A stretch of 64,000 bases of DNA. Source: the human T2T-CHM13v2.0 reference genome, Homo sapiens. Below the pieces are notes generated by a model. The model ran no database searches, was not told the DNA's origin, and was given only the letters and a program-made list of their open reading frames with translations. The stretch lies in assembly GCF_009914755.1 (NCBI RefSeq), contig NC_060930.1. One strand, 5' to 3'. The first letter of the stretch is position 1; the number at the start of each line of letters is the position of its first letter. Shown here piece by piece: positions 58,411 through 64,000 of the stretch. Position numbers and translations under genes: made by a program.

Positions 58411-58603
58411 TGTAGTAATTCAGCACTAGGAGACAATCTGTGACCTTAAGACTTCCTTTTCACTGGCCTTTTAATTAGAGAACTAAACAGATGTCAGAAA
58501 ACTTTGATATTGTTGTTCAACTTAAAAAGTGGTGGGCTATATGCAACAAAACTCCAGGAACAGTGCAGGGTAAAGAAGTCACGCACCGGAGATAGGGTGG
58601 AGC

Positions 58604-58613
58604 CAAGATGGCC
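58604..58613 (+). promoter_or_regulatory. YY1 site of the L1 internal promoter (CAAGATGGCC)
   Basis: Exact motif at the canonical position at the L1 5' end. Confidence 0.85.
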
Positions 58614-58970
58614 GAATAGGAACAGCTCCAGTCTACAGCTCCCAGTGTGAGCAACACAGAAGACGGGTGATTTCTGCATTTCCATGTGAGGTACTGGGTT
58701 CATCTCACTAGAGAGTGCCAGACAGTGAGAGCAGGACAGTGGGGGCAGCGCACCGTGTGCAAGCCGAAGCAGGCCAAGGCATTGCCTCACTCGGGAAGCG
58801 CAAGGGTTCAGGGAGTTCCCTTTCCTAGTCAAAGAAAGGGGTGACAGACAGCACCTGGAAAATCGTGTCACTCCCACCCTAATACTGCGCTTTTCTAACG
58901 GGCTTAAAAAATGGCACACCAGGAGATTTTATTCCGCACCTGGCTCGGAGGGTCCTATGCCCACGGAGTC

Positions 58971-59045
58971 TCACTGATTGGTAGCAAAGCAGTCTGAGAT
59001 CAAACTGCAAGGCAGCAGCCAGGCTGCAGGAGGGGCGCCTGCCAT
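58971..59045 (-). pseudogene. L1 ORF0, truncated at 24 aa (MAGAPPAAWLLPCSLISDCFATNQ*)
   Basis: Translation matches the ORF0 N-terminus MAGAPPPASLPPCSLISDCCASNQR; codon 25 is TGA. Confidence 0.8.
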
Positions 59046-59634
59046 TGCCCAGGCTTGATTAGGTAAACAAAGCAGCCGGGAAGCTCCAACTGGGTGGAGC
59101 CCACCACAGCTCAAGGAGGCCTGCCTGCCTCGGTAGGCACCTCTGGGGGCAGGGCACAGACAAACAAAAAGACAGCAGTAACCTCTGCAGACTTAAATGT
59201 CCCTGTCTGACAGCTTTGAAGAGAGTGGTGGGTCTCCCAGCACGCAGCTGGAGATCTGAGAATGGGCAGACTGCCTCTTCAAGTGGGTCCTTGACCCCCG
59301 AGCAGCCTAACTTGGAGGCACCCCCCAGTAGGGCAGACTGACACCTCACATGGCCAGGTACTCCTCTGAGACAAAACTTCCAGAGGAACGATCAGGCAGC
59401 AGCATTTGCGGTTCACCAAGATCCGCTGTTCTACAGCCACCGCTGTTCTGCAGCCACTGCTGCTGATACCCAGGCAAACAGGGTCTGGAGTGGACCTCTA
59501 GCAAACTCCAACAGACCTGCAGCTGAGGGTCCTGTCTGTTAGAAGGAAAACTAACAAACAGAAAGGACATCCACACCAAAAACCCTTCTGTACGTCACCA
59601 TCATCAAAGACCAAAAGTAGATAAAACCACAAAG

Positions 59635-60651
59635 ATGGGGAAAAAACAGAGAAGAAAAACTGGAAACTCTAAAAAGCAGAGTGCCTCTCCTCCTCCAAAG
59701 GAACGCAGCTCCTCACCAGCAACGGAACAAAGCTGGACGGAGAATGACTTTGACGAGCTGAGAGAAGAAAGCTTCAGACGATCAAACTACTCCGAGCTAC
59801 AGGAGAAAATTCAAACCAATGACAAAGAACTTAAAAACTGTGAAAAAAAAATTAGACGAATGGATAACTAGAATAACCAACGCAAAGAAGTCCTTAAAGG
59901 AGCTGATGGAGCTGTAAGCCAAGGCTCGAGAACTACGTGAAGAATGCAGAAGCCTCAGGAGCCGATGCAATCAACTGGAAGAAAGGGTATCAGTGATGGA
60001 AGACGAAATGAATGAAATGAGCAAGAAGGGAAGTTTAGAGAAAAAAGAATAACAAGACAGGAACAAAGCCTCCAAGAAATATGGGACTATGTGAAAAGAC
60101 CAAATCTACATCTGATTGGTGTACCCGAAAGTGACGGTGAGAATGGAACCAAGTTGGAAAACACTCTGCGGGATATTATCCAGGAGAACTTCCCCAATCT
60201 AGCAAGACAGGCCAACATTCAGATTCAGGAAATACAGAGAACGCCACAAAGATACTCCTCGAGAAGAGCAACTCCAAGACACATAATTGTCAGATTCACC
60301 AAAGTTGAAATGAAGGAAAAAATGTTAAGGGCAGCCAGAGAGAAAGGTCAGGTCACCCACAAAGGGAAGCCCATCAGACTAATAGCAGATCTCTCAGCAG
60401 AAACTCTACAAGCCAGAAGAGAGTGGGGACCAATATTCAACATTCTTAAAGAAAAGAATTTTCAACCCAGAATTTCATATCCAGCCAAACTAAGCTTCAT
60501 AAGTGAAGGAGAAATAAAATCCTTTAGAGACAAGCAAATGCTGAGAGATTTTGTCACCACCAGGCCTGCCCTAAAAGAGCTCCTGAAGGAAGCACTAAAC
60601 ATGGAAAGGAACAACCGGTACCAGCCACTACAAAAACATGCCAAAATGTAA
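59635..60651 (+). pseudogene. L1 ORF1p, disrupted
   Basis: MGKKQRRKTGNSK... and KRPNLHLIGVPESDGE...QKHAKM; frameshift in the A-run near 59850 and a TAA near 59914. Confidence 0.95.
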
Positions 60652-60714
60652 AGACCATCAAGGCTAGGAAGAAACTGCATCAACTAACGAGCAAAATAAC
60701 CAGCTAACATCATA

Positions 60715-64000
<3,286 letters not shown>

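Overview
This is AT-rich primate (human-like) genomic DNA, apparently intergenic or deep intronic and dominated by transposable elements. I found no recognisable host protein-coding exon, RNA gene or CRISPR array. The window holds 10 Alus (J, S and Y classes), many MIR/L2/old L1M relics and three young-to-middle-aged L1s: a near-full-length minus-strand L1PA13-16-like copy (35060-43901) carrying a nested AluSg and a two-LTR THE1B; an internally deleted L1PA16-like copy with a nested MSTA LTR; and a disabled plus-strand L1PA4-like copy running off the 3' edge. It also has solo ERV LTRs (LTR10, LTR7, LTR7C, LTR33, LTR16, MLT1, MST) and DNA-transposon MITEs (MER5, MER47, MER44). Most long ORF-track ORFs are repeat-derived; the remainder match nothing I recognise. 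Best leads: two independently inserted HERV-H solo LTRs facing each other 1.1 kb apart; a CRE/RFX-like, CpG-retaining candidate germline promoter and first exon at about 18.2-18.6 kb; a near-perfect 67-bp dispersed duplication in unique DNA; a DUX4 motif kept in only one THE1B LTR; and a microhomology-joined L1 deletion. I cannot support a wholly new biological system from sequence alone. Repeat subfamily calls are by-eye comparisons to remembered consensus sequences and need RepeatMasker/Dfam confirmation.
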